Shown: piece by piece, positions 1 to 12,648 of the stretch
Numbering within the stretch: the first letter of the stretch is position 1
How the letters are laid out: every line of letters starts with the position of its first letter
Source of the DNA: Trichoplax adhaerens
Taxonomy: Eukaryota; Animalia; Placozoa
DNA: 64,000 bases
Assembly (NCBI RefSeq): GCF_000150275.1
Contig: NW_002060967.1
Coordinates: 1-64,000, forward strand
Reading direction: 5' to 3'
Program-made: the position numbers and the translations under genes
Notes under the pieces: generated by a model
Databases searched by the model: none
Told to the model about the DNA's origin: nothing
The model's input: only the letters and a program-made list of their open reading frames with translations

Positions 1-1
1 A

Positions 2-616
2 ATCGTTTCTTGTCCTTTGACATTTCGAAACACAATCATTTTTAAACATTGCACTAAGTTTATTATACTGTCTTGGCTTATGGGCGTCGTATTCGCTATC
101 CCTGCTTTCCTATTAGCAACTTATAATCCAACGACGACAAGCTGCGACCTTGGCTTTCCTTATGATAACATCTTCAACGTTATCTATCTTTCGATTACCT
201 TACTATTTGTCTACTTAATTCCAGGAATAATAATGTTAAGGAATTATAGACGTATCACAATCACTTTATCTTCTCAAATATCCGATAATACTGCTATAGC
301 TCATGACAGTGAAGCTTCTATTAATCGCTCAAGAAGCGTTATTCGAGTTTTTATTATCGCGACACTGGCACAAACGTTACTATCATTGCCGTATGTTATA
401 TCTGTCTTAATTTACTCAATACCCAATCAGAGTCAAGTTCAGCTACTTCTTGATAATCCTCAACTTTTTTTAAATATCAGGTTATCGTTCGTGATTGATA
501 TAGCATCCTACTTAGTAAATCCATTTATGTTCTTGATTTTCGATAAAAATGTTAGAATTGCAGCGCATCATTTACATCTTCGAATTCATGATAGCTGTAG
601 TCATACGAAATCATGA
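2..616 (+). CDS. Rhodopsin-like (class A) GPCR, array copy 1, 5'-truncated by the window edge
   Basis: Open frame from position 2 (IVSCPLTFRNT...) covers ICL2 to TM7 with the ECL2 Cys (TSCD) and TM7 NPFMF. Clearly paralogous to the complete copies downstream. Confidence 0.9.
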   Translation: MVSCPLTFRNTIIFKHCTKFIILSWLMGVVFAIPAFLLATYNPTTTSCDLGFPYDNIFNVIYLSITLLFVYLIPGIIMLRNYRRITITLSSQISDNTAIAHDSEASINRSRSVIRVFIIATLAQTLLSLPYVISVLIYSIPNQSQVQLLLDNPQLFLNIRLSFVIDIASYLVNPFMFLIFDKNVRIAAHHLHLRIHDSCSHTKS

Positions 617-813
617 TTAATTTCTCATTGTAGATACATCCGATGTCATTTTCACTAGACAATTACTCTTAAATAGCTTGCATACTGTTTACAGCATTAA
701 TTACTATCTAACCGTTATTCTGTAATGGATCTAATTACTACTACAGCAATCTTGTTATAGAATAACAGTAGAGAACCTGCTTACTGTTTAGGGGGTTAAT
801 TGCTATCCCATGC

Positions 814-1367
814 TGTTGCGGTGTTGCCTTACCGTTAGGATAGTTTAATAGTACAGTAGCGGCTAATATGGAAAATACCCACATTTGTAGTGCTACTTAA
901 GATAAGTAACGCCTTGGCGTGGATATTATTTATGGTGGTTTATTACACATTTGAGATTGATTGTTAATATAAGTAAATAGTAGTAAGATGATCCAAGTTC
1001 TAGCTGATGATAGTTGAACTAGAAAATACACATGCTTAGATTAAGATTAAGTGTACGTATGAGTAAGGGATTAAAAATATTTACTGATAAAAGCTGTGCA
1101 AGGAACATCTCACTTCGAGATATCTCCAGTAAAATATAATAATAATAGTGTTGTTGTTCACAAATTAGACGGTTACTATATGAACAGGAACATTTGAGTT
1201 GAGTTATGTGATGGTAAAAAGTTGTAGATGTGTCCATGCTAATAAAAATTCTATTTTTACGGTAATTTGCCATGTGCTTTTAACGTTTAGTAAAAGAGCT
1301 TTTAAGTCAGTAGTTACTTATAGACTTTTACTATACGTTTCCTTGTCGCAGAGTTTAAGTTGCGACA
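814..1367 (+). mobile_element. Solo LTR-like insertion (554 bp)
   Basis: Absent from the paralogous spacers. Ends TGTTGC...GCGACA, flanked by a 5-bp near-TSD catgc (809-813) / catgt (1368-1372). AATAAA at 1241. Confidence 0.75.
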
Positions 1368-2751
1368 CATGTTTATTCTAAAGCGGATAAAATTACTGCT
1401 ATAATAACTTCGACATGAAATCAAGTTAGAGTATTCCCTCACTATTGATAGCATTAATGGTTATCCAATCTTTATTCTAAAGTTAGATGAACCGAATTGC
1501 AACTATTATAATTTTGATACGAAATCAAGTTAGAGTATTTGCTCGCTATTTGTGAGTTAGTAGTTATCCAATCCTTATCCTAAAGTTAGATAGACCAAAT
1601 TACTACTATAATAACTTTGATACGAGATAATGTTATGGCTCTAGTTATGATACGCCTATTGGAATAATAATGCAATTATAGTTATTTATTCGTGATTAAA
1701 CACTGCATAAGTATAATAACGTAATCTTTCTTCAATAAATAAAATTAATTAACGTGTACTGAGCGAATAGGTAGAGCTGATAATTAAAAAATGAGACATT
1801 GCAATGCAATGTTTGATTCTAATTTTTGGACTATTAATTAAGTACTCAATAGTACGACAAGTGTATATTTCCTATTCATAAACTAGTACCTATTAATAAA
1901 TTCTATATCATATTTTACAGAGGACATTCAAAATTAATAGGTAATCATTAAAGCTATGCATGGAGAGTATAAAATTACTCGCTAACTTTCTATCGTATCT
2001 GGCTCTATTCTAAGCTTTAAGTTGAAATCCTAATTAAGTTTTACGCTATCCAAGATATGACGCTGTACATGAATGGTTATCAATCGATTTTCTAGCAAGT
2101 ATCGCAGGCCAAAGACAATTAGAAGCTATCAAGTTACTATAATGAAAAGTAAATCATGCCTTAAACATAATTTAATCTCTTATAACTACATATCCAAAGA
2201 TTAAAATCATCTTTGCGCTAATTAAGTCTTATAACCGTTACTAATATTATTTGATACTTCATTTTATTAATTAATAAAGTTTAGTTTTATAGCCAAACTT
2301 TAGTTGGTATAAGCTCAATTAACAAATGACCAGATTTAAAATTAGAATATTGTTCACACTTTCTACTTATAACCCCTTCTCATTTTACTCATTCTCAACA
2401 TTTACAAATAATATAAACATTCTATTTACTTCAAAGACAGATGACGTACGTCGTGAAAATTGACAATAATATAACATCACCTACTAATATTATACTAGAT
2501 TACGATATTAATAATAAGGAATTCCACTAGCGATTATTTAACGCATATTGATAATTTTACATTTGCTTTCAATTTTCAGAATATCATTAGCAACGCCTGT
2601 TATTAATGAATAACAATGTATAAATGATTGTATAGTAGTCAGGGAAATTAATCAAATAATAAACTCAACAAATTGATGTGAGAACATTACTACCCGATGT
2701 TACAGCTGGTAAATTTGAAGCCTTTATTTACTAAGAATAATTATAAGACAG

Positions 2752-3302
2752 TGTGATATATACCAATCACGAAATTCCAAATTTTAGAAAAATAAGAGCT
2801 TTATTGAATCTTATACGAAGATTAACTACACACAGCTCTACTCTAGCCGAATACTACTACTAAAGACTTCTACAACGAACTTACAGAATAATCTAAAGTT
2901 GCATGCTTTTATACTTCTCGCAGCATTCGCAGCTACAATCCGCATTGCAACCTTTTACCTTATATTACACATAGTTAAATTATTCTTAGTAAGACTATTC
3001 TACTGCGGACCATCATTAATCCAATATGGATACGACTACAGTACTTACGTAGACATTATTCACACCAGCCAAAGTACAATGAATTAACCATATCCTAATA
3101 TCTGATTTACAGTTCTATTTTTACCTATAGCCTTATTAGTAACTTAATACTTTACTGTATATAGTCATCTGTACTCTAGCATAGAGTCTATACCACTACA
3201 GTCTATAGTTATAGCTAACAAGTATCTCTTAGGATAAATATCTACCGTACATTATACTAAACATGGCTAACAGTCTACAATCACAATACTAGTTCCATTA
3301 CA
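2752..3302. mobile_element. Solo LTR-like insertion (551 bp) in the promoter of GPCR pseudogene copy 2
   Basis: Ends TGTGAT...ATTACA with a perfect 5-bp TSD gacag (2747-2751 and 3303-3307). It interrupts the conserved motif taagacggcttaggctacaag seen in other units. Confidence 0.85.
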
Positions 3303-3498
3303 GACAGCTTAGGCTATAAGTGTAAAATTAGGAGAATTCCCTTCAATCATTGAACATATTTCCAGACTCAATTCAATCAAGAAACGTTAGATTACAATCA
3401 AGTACTAACAGATTTAATTATTCTTTCGCTAAATAGACATATATAATTGCATCAAATTTTCGCTATACTGGGAGATTATAATATCCAACTCATCGAAT

Positions 3499-4461
3499 TT
3501 GCATAATAATACTACTCTTAAGCAATCACGAGAAAATTTTCCTTTTGAATGATGCAGTTTTGAATTGCTACATTGAGATTGGTTATCAACATCGCTCTGG
3601 TGGTAATTGTGGCGTTCTCTAAAAATTTACATGATCAATTTTGTAACTTTATTATTAATGTATCTATATCTGATATTATTTCAAGGATCGTAGTGTACGT
3701 ACTTATACCATTATAGCAAAGTCAGCCGATACAACGGCTAGACCTGTAGACGTGGCTGTATGTCAATTAGCATATGGAATGTCGGTTACATCGACTAATA
3801 TCTCTATTACAAGTTTAACTATGATAAGTATCTATCGACTAAAAATCGTCACTTATCCTTAGACATTTCGAAACACGATCATTTTTGAACATTGCAATAA
3901 ATTTATTACGCTGTCTTGGCTTATAAGCGTCGTATTCGCTATCCCTGCTTTCCTAATAGGAGCTTGTAATCCAGCAATGAAAACCTGCGACTTTAGCTTC
4001 CCTTATGGTAACATCTTCAAGGATGTCTATTTTTCGATTACCTTGCTATTTGTCTACTTGATTCCAGGAATAATAATGTTAAGAAATTATAGGCGTGTCG
4101 CAATCAATTTATCTTGTCAAATATCCGATAACTCTGCTGTAGTTCATGACCGTGAAGTCTATATTAATCGTACAAGAAGCATTATTCGAGATTTTATTAT
4201 CACGACACTGGCACAAAAATTACTGACATTGCGCTATATTTTATCTATCTTAACGTATTTAATACTCAAACAAATTCAATTTAAGCTTCTTTTTTTGATA
4301 ATCCCCAATTTTTAATTATCATTTGGTTATCGTTTTCGATCAATATCGCATCCTACTCGGTAAATCCATTTATGTTCTTGGTTTTCGATAAAAATGTTAA
4401 AACTGCAGCGCATGATTTATATCTTCGAATTCATGATCGCTGCAGTAATACGAAATCGTGA
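3499..4461 (+). pseudogene. GPCR pseudogene (array copy 2)
   Basis: Full-length homology to neighbours, but the start ATG is TTG (catcgaatTTGcataataat), there are in-frame stops (e.g. cctTAGaca at ~3860) and frameshifts. ORF 3977-4315 is a surviving fragment. Confidence 0.9.
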
Positions 4462-5419
4462 GTAATTTATCAAAGTAGGTACATCAGATACTGTATCAAT
4501 TTTTACTAGTCACTTAGGCTTGGATAACCATTATTCTGAAATAGATCAAATTACTACTATAGTAACTTTGATTAGGAATAATTATAGGAAATTTTCTCAC
4601 TATTTAAGAGGTTAATATTTAGTTATCTCATTCTTATTCCAAAGAATCAAATTTCTATTATAATAACTTTGATATAAAATCAAGTTAAAGGTCTTACTCA
4701 GTATTTATGGGGTTAATGGTTATCCAATCGCTATTCTAAAATTAGATAAACCAAATTACTATCGTCCTGTAATAATTTGACACGAGATAATATCAGAGCT
4801 CTTGCTTACTATTGATGGGGTTAATGGTTATCTAATTGTTATTCTAAAATGGCCCGCATTACTAGTATAATAATGCGATACGAAATAATGTTCGAGAACT
4901 TGTTTATAACTATGCTATTAGTGGTTACGCAATTGCTATTTTTTAATACAGTAAAAACACTACATTAATAACTTTGTTATACTGTACGGTCTTCAGCAAC
5001 TTTATTATTTTCTAATGATATCGCCCTCTTCTACAGTTATCCTGATTTTATCATGTACTTAAGCTGGTAGAAATCGAAACCTGTACGGCAACGACGGCGC
5101 TTGAACTTATTTGTATATTATTTCGAATATAGGCGCACATTTGAAATAAATGACACGCAGCAAATGGAAAATATTCGTATACCGCTCGTTTAGCGATCTT
5201 GAACCGGAAAAAAGTAAAAGTATACTGTTAACCAATACGTAACAAGTAGTGGCTATCACGAAGACTCGTTAAATTATTAAAGTCTTATAATAGTAAATTA
5301 AAACAATTTTGACCATTGACACTTGGCTAAATCATGCCTAAGAAATAGACAGTAATTACGCTACTTTTAATCGCCTTTTATTAAGTAAAAGTTATCACCG
5401 ATGGACATTAGTCAACTTA

Positions 5420-5954
5420 TGTAATAAAGGTTAATTATTAGAATTCTTCTTCAAGCTTTTCTTATTTTAATAAGCATTGTAGCTGTAAAATTAACTTTAC
5501 TAGGTTTAACTACAGTAAATTTAACTTAATACCATTACATATTGTAAACCTGACTCATTTATTTGGGTTAGAACATAAGAATATTCCCTTGTATGATTTT
5601 GATAAAAATATCACGATATTAAATCGTAATTTATGTGATATATTTAGGTAGTATAATACTCATGCTTAATTATGATAAAGACTTGTAGCCAATTTTGATT
5701 ACTAAGTACAGTAGAAATAATGTTATTTGGTTATTTAATACAGAGTAAACACAAACATTTTGATCTGGATTCTAATTTAAGATTGTTAGTCTGACTTAGT
5801 CTTTTTTATAGTTATATATTATATACCGTAGAAAAGTACATTTTGTAGATTTAGTAATATTGGAATCTAGGGTACAATTTATCAGATCACATGTGTTTTA
5901 ATTGCTAGTTTTATTTGGAATACTTTAGAATAGTATTTTCATAGTCTTATTACT
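5420..5954. mobile_element. Solo LTR-like insertion (~535 bp) with a degenerate right end
   Basis: Extra sequence not present in paralogous spacers (compare ~9670-9690 and ~13530-13560). Ends TGTAATAA...TTATTAC(T); flanks ctta/ttta. Confidence 0.55.
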
Positions 5955-7154
5955 TTTATTTTATACATGCCGTATCTCCTTGACCTTGTAAGATAACTTC
6001 ACAGTCTTAACAGGACTAAAGATTTAATATTATTACGGTATAATACAATTTTACACGAATATCTATAACGTTTCAACGAATTTCGATTATCTTGATTAAT
6101 GGATAGTACACCTAATAGAGTAACAATACAAATATTGTTATTTACGGTAAGTTTTAATTTAATACTGCACAAGTGTAATAATGCAATTTTCTTCAGTAAT
6201 TAATTAAAATTAATTAACGTATACTACAGAGCCAATAGGTGGAGGTGGTAAGTAAAAAAATAGGATATTGGAATGTAATGTTTGATTCTTGGTCCGTTCA
6301 ATTCTCAATAGTACAGCAAAGATATATTTCCTAATTATAAACTGGCACATGTCAATATATTCGATAGCATATTTTACAGAAGACATTTAAAATTGATGGG
6401 CAATCGTTATAGCTATGCGTGGAGGGTATAAGATTGATTGCTAACTTTCTACTGTGTCTAATTCTTTTTTATGCTTTAAGTTGAAATCCTAATTAATTCT
6501 AAGCTATCTAAGGCATGATGCTGAACATAAATAATTATCAATCGATTTTCTAGAAGTATCGCAGGCCAAAAATAAGTAGAAATTATCAATTTATTGTAAT
6601 AGAAATCATGTCTTAAAATATAACTTTGATAACTGCATTGCTAAAGATTAAAATCATCTTTGATCCACTTTAGTCTTATAGCTGATACTAATAGTAATTG
6701 ATGCTTCATTTATTAATAATAAAGTTTAGCTCCATGGCTGAGCTTTAGTCAGTATAAGCCCAATTGATAAATGATCAGATTTAAAATTTCAATATTGTTC
6801 GTACTTTCTCCTTAAAGTTACTTTCATTCATTCTCTGTTTTTAAAAATAATTTAGAACTAAAGTAGAATTAACTACCCAATCGATCTGTACGCATTCTAT
6901 TTACTATAATGATAGATGACGTACGTTATAAAAAATCGACAATAACTTAACATTACCTTCTAACATTGTACAAGATTATAGTATTAACAAGAAGCAACTC
7001 AATTAACGCTTATTTAAGATTATAATGATAATTTTACATTTGCTTCCGATTTTTCTGAACATCTACGAGTAACAATAGATAAATGATTACGTAGTAGTCA
7101 AGAGAAAATAGCTCAATTAATATGCAATACAAATTGATGTGAAAATACTACTAC

Positions 7155-7169
7155 CAGATGTTACAGCTG
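7155..7169. promoter_or_regulatory. Conserved double E-box CAGATG-TTA-CAGCTG upstream of GPCR copy 3
   Basis: Identical 15-mer ~240-255 bp upstream of every complete GPCR ATG while the flanks diverge. A TATA-like TATATAA/TATTTAA lies ~60 bp upstream of the ATG in most units. Confidence 0.6.
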
Positions 7170-7409
7170 GTAAATTTGAAGCATTAATTTACTCGGGATA
7201 ACTATAAAACAACTTAAGTTTACAAGAGTAAAATTAAGAAATTTCCTTCTATCGTTGAACGTATTTCCAAACTCAATTCAATCAAGAAGCGTTAGATTAC
7301 AATCGAGTATTAACAGATTTAATCATTCTATAGCCAAATAGAGACATATATAATCGCGTCGATCTTTTGCAATAGAGGCAGATTAAAAATATCCAGCTCA
7401 TCATCGACT

Positions 7410-8372
7410 ATGCTTAGTAATAATACTACTCTTTTACAATCGTTAGAAAGTCCTGCTTTTACAGTCGCTCAACTTTCTTTTACTACATTGACATTGGTTA
7501 GTAACATCGTCTTAGTGGTAATCTTGGCGTTCTCTAACAATTTACGTGATTTATCTTATAACTTTATTATTAATATATCCGTATCTGATATTATTTCGAC
7601 GATTATACAGTATGCATATGCCATTATAGCAATTTCAACCGTTTCAATGTCTAAGCTTGTAGGTACAGTTGTATGTCGATTAGCGTATGGAATTTTGATT
7701 ACATCGACTAATACTTCTATTGCGAGTTTAACTATGATAAGTATCTATCGATTAAAAATCGTCACTTGTCCTTTAACATTTAGAAACACAATCATTTCTA
7801 AACATTGTACTAAATTTATCGTATTGTCTTGGGTTATAAGTGTCATATTCGCTATTCCTGCTTTCCTAATAGGAGCTTATAATGCAGAGACGAAAAGCTG
7901 CGACTTTGGCTTTCCTTATGGTAACATCTTCAACGTTATTTATTTTTCTATTATCTTGATATTCGTTTACTTAATTCCAGGAATAATAATGTTAAAGAAT
8001 TACAGACGTATCGCAATCTGTTTATCTTCTCAAATATCCAATAATACTGCTATAGCTCACCACCGTGAAGCTTCTATTAATCGTACAAGAAGCGTTATTC
8101 GAATTTTTATTATCGTGACTCTGGCACAAACATTACTGACATTGCCCCATACTATAAGTATCTTGATATATTCAATACTCACTCAGAGCCAAATTCAGCT
8201 AATCGTTGATAATCCCCAGTTTTTCGTAGTCATCTTGTTATCGTTTGGGATCAATATCGCATCCTATTTAGTAAATCCATTTGTGTTCTTGGTTTTCGAT
8301 AAAAATATTAGAATTGCAGCACATGATTTATATCTTCGAATAGGCGATAGTTGTAGCATTATGAAATCATGA
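7410..8372 (+). CDS. Intronless rhodopsin-like GPCR (320 aa), copy 3
   Basis: Seven hydrophobic segments. N-glycosylation NNTT, TM1 SN, TM2 SD, TM3 Cys (VVCRL) with ECL2 Cys, DRY-equivalent IYRL, TM5 Pro (YLIP), TM6 LP, TM7 NPFVF, helix 8 FDKNIR. Confidence 0.95.
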   Translation: MLSNNTTLLQSLESPAFTVAQLSFTTLTLVSNIVLVVILAFSNNLRDLSYNFIINISVSDIISTIIQYAYAIIAISTVSMSKLVGTVVCRLAYGILITSTNTSIASLTMISIYRLKIVTCPLTFRNTIISKHCTKFIVLSWVISVIFAIPAFLIGAYNAETKSCDFGFPYGNIFNVIYFSIILIFVYLIPGIIMLKNYRRIAICLSSQISNNTAIAHHREASINRTRSVIRIFIIVTLAQTLLTLPHTISILIYSILTQSQIQLIVDNPQFFVVILLSFGINIASYLVNPFVFLVFDKNIRIAAHDLYLRIGDSCSIMKS

Positions 8373-8459
8373 GTAATCTATCGTAGTAAATGTATCAGAT
8401 ATCATTTTTGCACTAGTCACTTCGTCTTGAATAGCTTGCATACTATTTATAGTGCCTAT

Positions 8460-8930
8460 TGCTATTTAACCGTTATTCTGAAAAGAATCGAATTACTACT
8501 ATAATAACTCTGATTGAAAATAGCGAGAAAGAACCTACGCACTATTTAATATGGTAATTGTTATCCTATCCTTTTTCTAAAACGGATCAAATTACTTCTA
8601 TAGTAATTTGATACGAAATCAAGTTAGAGTACTCACACACTATTTATAATGTTAATGGTGATCCAATACTTATTCTAAAATTAGATTGACCAAATTACTA
8701 TGATAATAGCTTTGATACGAGATGATTGTAGAGTTCTTGATTACTGCTATTGGGATTAACGGTTATCTAACTGTGGTTTTAAAATAGACTGAATGACTAC
8801 TATGCGTATAATAACTGGACATGAAATAATGTTAGAGAACTTGCCTACTCTTTATGTTGTTGATGGCTAACTAATCGCTATTTTCAAATGGATCAAAATT
8901 AACTGTATAATAACTTTATTGTACTGTACA
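8460..8930. repeat. Degenerate ~100-bp minisatellite (about 5 copies) 3' of the GPCR; equivalent blocks follow most array copies
   Basis: Motif ttattctaaa..gaccaaattactactataataactttgatacgaaat recurs at ~8491, 8590, 8693, 8792 and 8897. Similar blocks at ~700-1630, 4520-4980, 12710-13110, 16090-16460, 19970-20930 and 25250-25600. Confidence 0.8.
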
Positions 8931-9520
8931 GCTATGTTACTGATATTATCTTTTAATGATATTACTCTCTTCTACAGTTATCCTGATTTTATTATTTACT
9001 CAATTTGGTGGAAATCGAAATCTGTAGGACAACGATAACAATTGCACTTATTACTAGCTTGTTATATCGAGTAAGCATTTGAAATAAATGACATACAACA
9101 AATGAAAAATACTCGTATACCGCTTGTCTAGCGAACTTTGATTAGAAAATAATAAAAGCATGCTGTTAACCGATACGTAATATGCAATGGCTAGTGTAGT
9201 GCATACTTCTAAATATGATGTAGTCTATAACTACTGTGATAACTTTGTTATACTGCTTAGCCATTTTATTATCTTCTAATGATTTACCCTCTTCTACAGT
9301 TATCGTGATTTTATCACGTACCGGTACTTAATCCCGTAGAAATCTAAACCTGCAGAGCAATGACAGCACTTCAAATTGTTTGCTTATTATTTCGAGAATA
9401 CAAGGACATTCGAAATAAATAACATGCAGCAAATAAAAGATACTCGTATACTACCCGTCCGGCGATCGTGAACTAGAAAAAATATGCTCTTAACCAATAC
9501 GTAATATGTAAATGGCTATC
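8900..9520. repeat. Local tandem duplication (~330 bp) within the spacer of unit 3
   Basis: The segment ...ctcttctacagttatc...gaaatc...ctcgtatac...aatggcta occurs twice (~8900-9195 and ~9230-9520) but once in other units. Confidence 0.7.
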
Positions 9521-10541
9521 ATTAACATCCGTTAAATTATTACAGTCTTTTAACAGTAAATTAAATTAATATTTACCATTGATACTTGACTAAATTACGT
9601 CAAAGAAGTAGAAAGTAGCTACGCTACTTTAGTCGCCTTCATTTTAAGTAAAAGCTATCATCGATGAGAATTAGTCGATTGTATTTTATACAAGCTGTAT
9701 CTTCCTTACCTTGTACGATCAATTCGCAGACATATCAAAAGTAAGAATTTAATACTATCATTGTACAATTTTATACTAATAGATATAATTCCCCAACCAA
9801 TCTAGAATATCTTGACTAATAAAGACCGATCTAAAAACTCATTCAACTCTTCATTTCTTATAATACACTTAATAGAGTAACAATAAAAATATTTTTATTT
9901 AATTGCGATTGAATACTCAATACTGCATAAATATAATAATGAAACTTTTCTTCAATAATTAAAATTGATGAACGTGTACTACTGAGCTAATATTAGCTGA
10001 AGCTGGCAATTAAAAAATAGGACATTATAATGTAACGTTTGATTCTAGTTTTGAGGCCATTACATACTTAATAGTATTGCAAAACATATTTCCTATTTAT
10101 AAACTGATACCTGTCAATACATTCTATAATATATTTCACAGAAGAAGATATTCGAAATTACAAGGTACTTATTATAGTAATGTGTAGAGGGTATTAAATT
10201 ACTTGCTACCTTTCTACGGTATCTAACTCTATTTTATGCTTTAAGTTGAAACACGAATTGATTTCAAACCCTCTAAGACATGATGCTGTAAATAAATGGC
10301 TATCAATCGATTTTCTAGCAAGTATCACAGGTCAAAATAGGTAGGAACTATCAATTTACTGTAATGATAAATCATGACTTAAAAGATAATTAAACTCTGA
10401 AAACTATATTTCCAAAGATTGAAATCATTTTTGGGCTAATTCACTATCATAGACGCCACTAATAGTATTTGATGCTTAATTTTATTAATTATCAATAGAG
10501 TTTAGCTCCAAAGCCAGTCGGTATAAATCCGATTAACAAAT

Positions 10542-10992
10542 TGTAGTGTACGGATTGTTAGCCCTAGGTTCGTAATCCGCCAACTCAAAATTCGGACTTG
10601 TTAAAATCGAGTAAATCCCTAATGTGACATAATAGGCAACACCGTATAATTGACTTATAACAGTTAAGTTTATTAACATCCGGGTGTCTTCCGCCGGAGA
10701 AAAATTCCAATTTCTTCCCCTCAGAATAACAGTCGAAAGTGGCTAAGACAAACTGCATAATCGACTTGGCCTTCACGATAACAATTCTATACAACTAGTA
10801 AAAATTATCATCTATTGCTCCTCTACATAGGTGTCATTAATCACATTAGTGCATTGCTTAATAACATTACTTAATACGACTATCAGCTACGGCCTTATAT
10901 AGCTTATACTTTATTAAGACGTACAGTTTTACACTACATACTTTCACTGTATTGCCTACACAAAACTACTGTAATTCGCTGAAATCATTACA
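10542..10992. mobile_element. Solo LTR-like insertion (451 bp)
   Basis: Ends TGTAGTG...CATTACA with flanks caaat/aaaat (5-bp TSD, 1 mismatch). It interrupts the conserved aacaaatgatcagatttaaaa motif. Confidence 0.8.
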
Positions 10993-11437
10993 AAAATGAT
11001 CAGATTTAAAACTTGAATATTGTTGATACTTTCTCCTTAAACTTGCTTACGATACTTGCTCATTCTATTCATTCTCTATGTTTAAAAATAATTTGAAACT
11101 AATGTAGGATTAACTGTCTAATTGATTCATATACTTTATAGTTACTTCAAAGTTAAATGCGTACGTTATAAAAATTGACTATAACTTAGCATTACCATTA
11201 CTTACCAACATTGTGTAAGAGTACGGTATTATCAAGAATCAATTTAATCAAACTTTAGTTAATGTTATAATGACATCTATACATTTGCTTTCGACTTTTC
11301 AGAGTGGCAATAGCAATACCGCCTACCAACGAGTAACAATAGATAAATGATTACATAATAATAAAGGGAAAATTACTCGAATAATATCAACATAACATAG
11401 TAACATGTATAACAAATAGATGTAAAAATACTACTAC

Positions 11438-11452
11438 CAGATGTTACAGCTG
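11438..11452. promoter_or_regulatory. Conserved double E-box upstream of GPCR copy 4
   Basis: CAGATGTTACAGCTG, identical to the other intact units. Confidence 0.6.
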
Positions 11453-11688
11453 GTAAATTTAAAGCATTAATTCACTTGAGATAATTACAATACGGCTTAG
11501 GCTACAAGAGTAAAATTAAGACAGCTCCCTTTCAATCATTGAACGTATTTCCAGACTCAATTCAATCAAGACACATTAGATTATGATCGATTACTAACAT
11601 ATTAAATTATTCATCAGCCAAATAGACATATATAATCGTATCGACTTTTAGCCATAGAAGTAGATTAAAAATATCCAACTCATCGAAT

Positions 11689-12648
11689 ATGCCTAATAAT
11701 ACTACTCGTACGCAGATGCAAGAAAGTTTTCCTTTTTTAATGATCCAGTTTTGCGTTACTACATTGACATTGGTTAGCAATATCACTCTAGTGGTAATCG
11801 TGGCGTTCTCTAACAATTTACGTGATTTATCTTATAACTTTATTATTAATGTATCTATATCTGATATTATTTCATCGATCGTAATGTATATATATGCCAT
11901 TACAGCAATACGAACAGTTCCAATGTCCGAACCAGTTGGTATAGTTGTGTGTCGATTAGCGTATGGACTCTTGATTACATCGACTATTACCTCTATTACA
12001 AGTTTAACTATGATAAGTATCTATCGATTAAAAATCGTCACTTGTCCTTTAACATTTAGAAACATAATCATTTTTAAACATTGCAATAAATTTATTATAC
12101 TGTCTTGGCTTATGAGCGTCGTATTCGCTATTCCTGCTTTCCTAATAGGAGCTTATAATCCAGCAATCAAAACCTGCAACTTTGGCTTCCCTTATGGTAA
12201 CATCTTCAACGTTATCTATTTTTCGATTATCTTGCTATTCGTCTACTCGATTCCAGGAGTAATAATATTAAGGAATTACAGACGTGTCGCAATCTGTTTA
12301 TCTTCTCAAATATCCGATAACTCTGCTATAGTTCACGACCGTGAAGCTTCTATTAATCGTACAAGAAGCGTTATTCGAGTTTTCATTATCGCGACACTGG
12401 CACAAACATTACTGTCATTGCCTTATATTTTATCTATCTTAACGTATTCAATACTCAATCAGAGCCAACTTAAATTTCTCTTTGATAATCCCCAATTTTT
12501 AGTAGTCGTTTGGTTATCGTTTACGACTAATATGGCAACCTACTTGGTGAACCCGTTTATGTTCTTGGTTTTCGATAAAAATGTTAAAATTGCAATGCAT
12601 GATTTATATATTCGAATTCATGATCGTAGTAGTAATATGAAATCATGA
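11689..12648 (+). CDS. Intronless rhodopsin-like GPCR (319 aa), copy 4
   Basis: Same 7TM motifs as copy 3 (ISD, VCRL, IYRL, TCN, NPFMF). Confidence 0.95.
   Translation: MPNNTTRTQMQESFPFLMIQFCVTTLTLVSNITLVVIVAFSNNLRDLSYNFIINVSISDIISSIVMYIYAITAIRTVPMSEPVGIVVCRLAYGLLITSTITSITSLTMISIYRLKIVTCPLTFRNIIIFKHCNKFIILSWLMSVVFAIPAFLIGAYNPAIKTCNFGFPYGNIFNVIYFSIILLFVYSIPGVIILRNYRRVAICLSSQISDNSAIVHDREASINRTRSVIRVFIIATLAQTLLSLPYILSILTYSILNQSQLKFLFDNPQFLVVVWLSFTTNMATYLVNPFMFLVFDKNVKIAMHDLYIRIHDRSSNMKS

Noticed and set aside
7164-7175. CAGCTG|GTAAAT as a conserved 5'-UTR splice donor
   Set aside because: Intact copy 7 lacks the GT (CAGCTGATAA) and copy 9 has GTCAAT, while the E-box hexamers are invariant.
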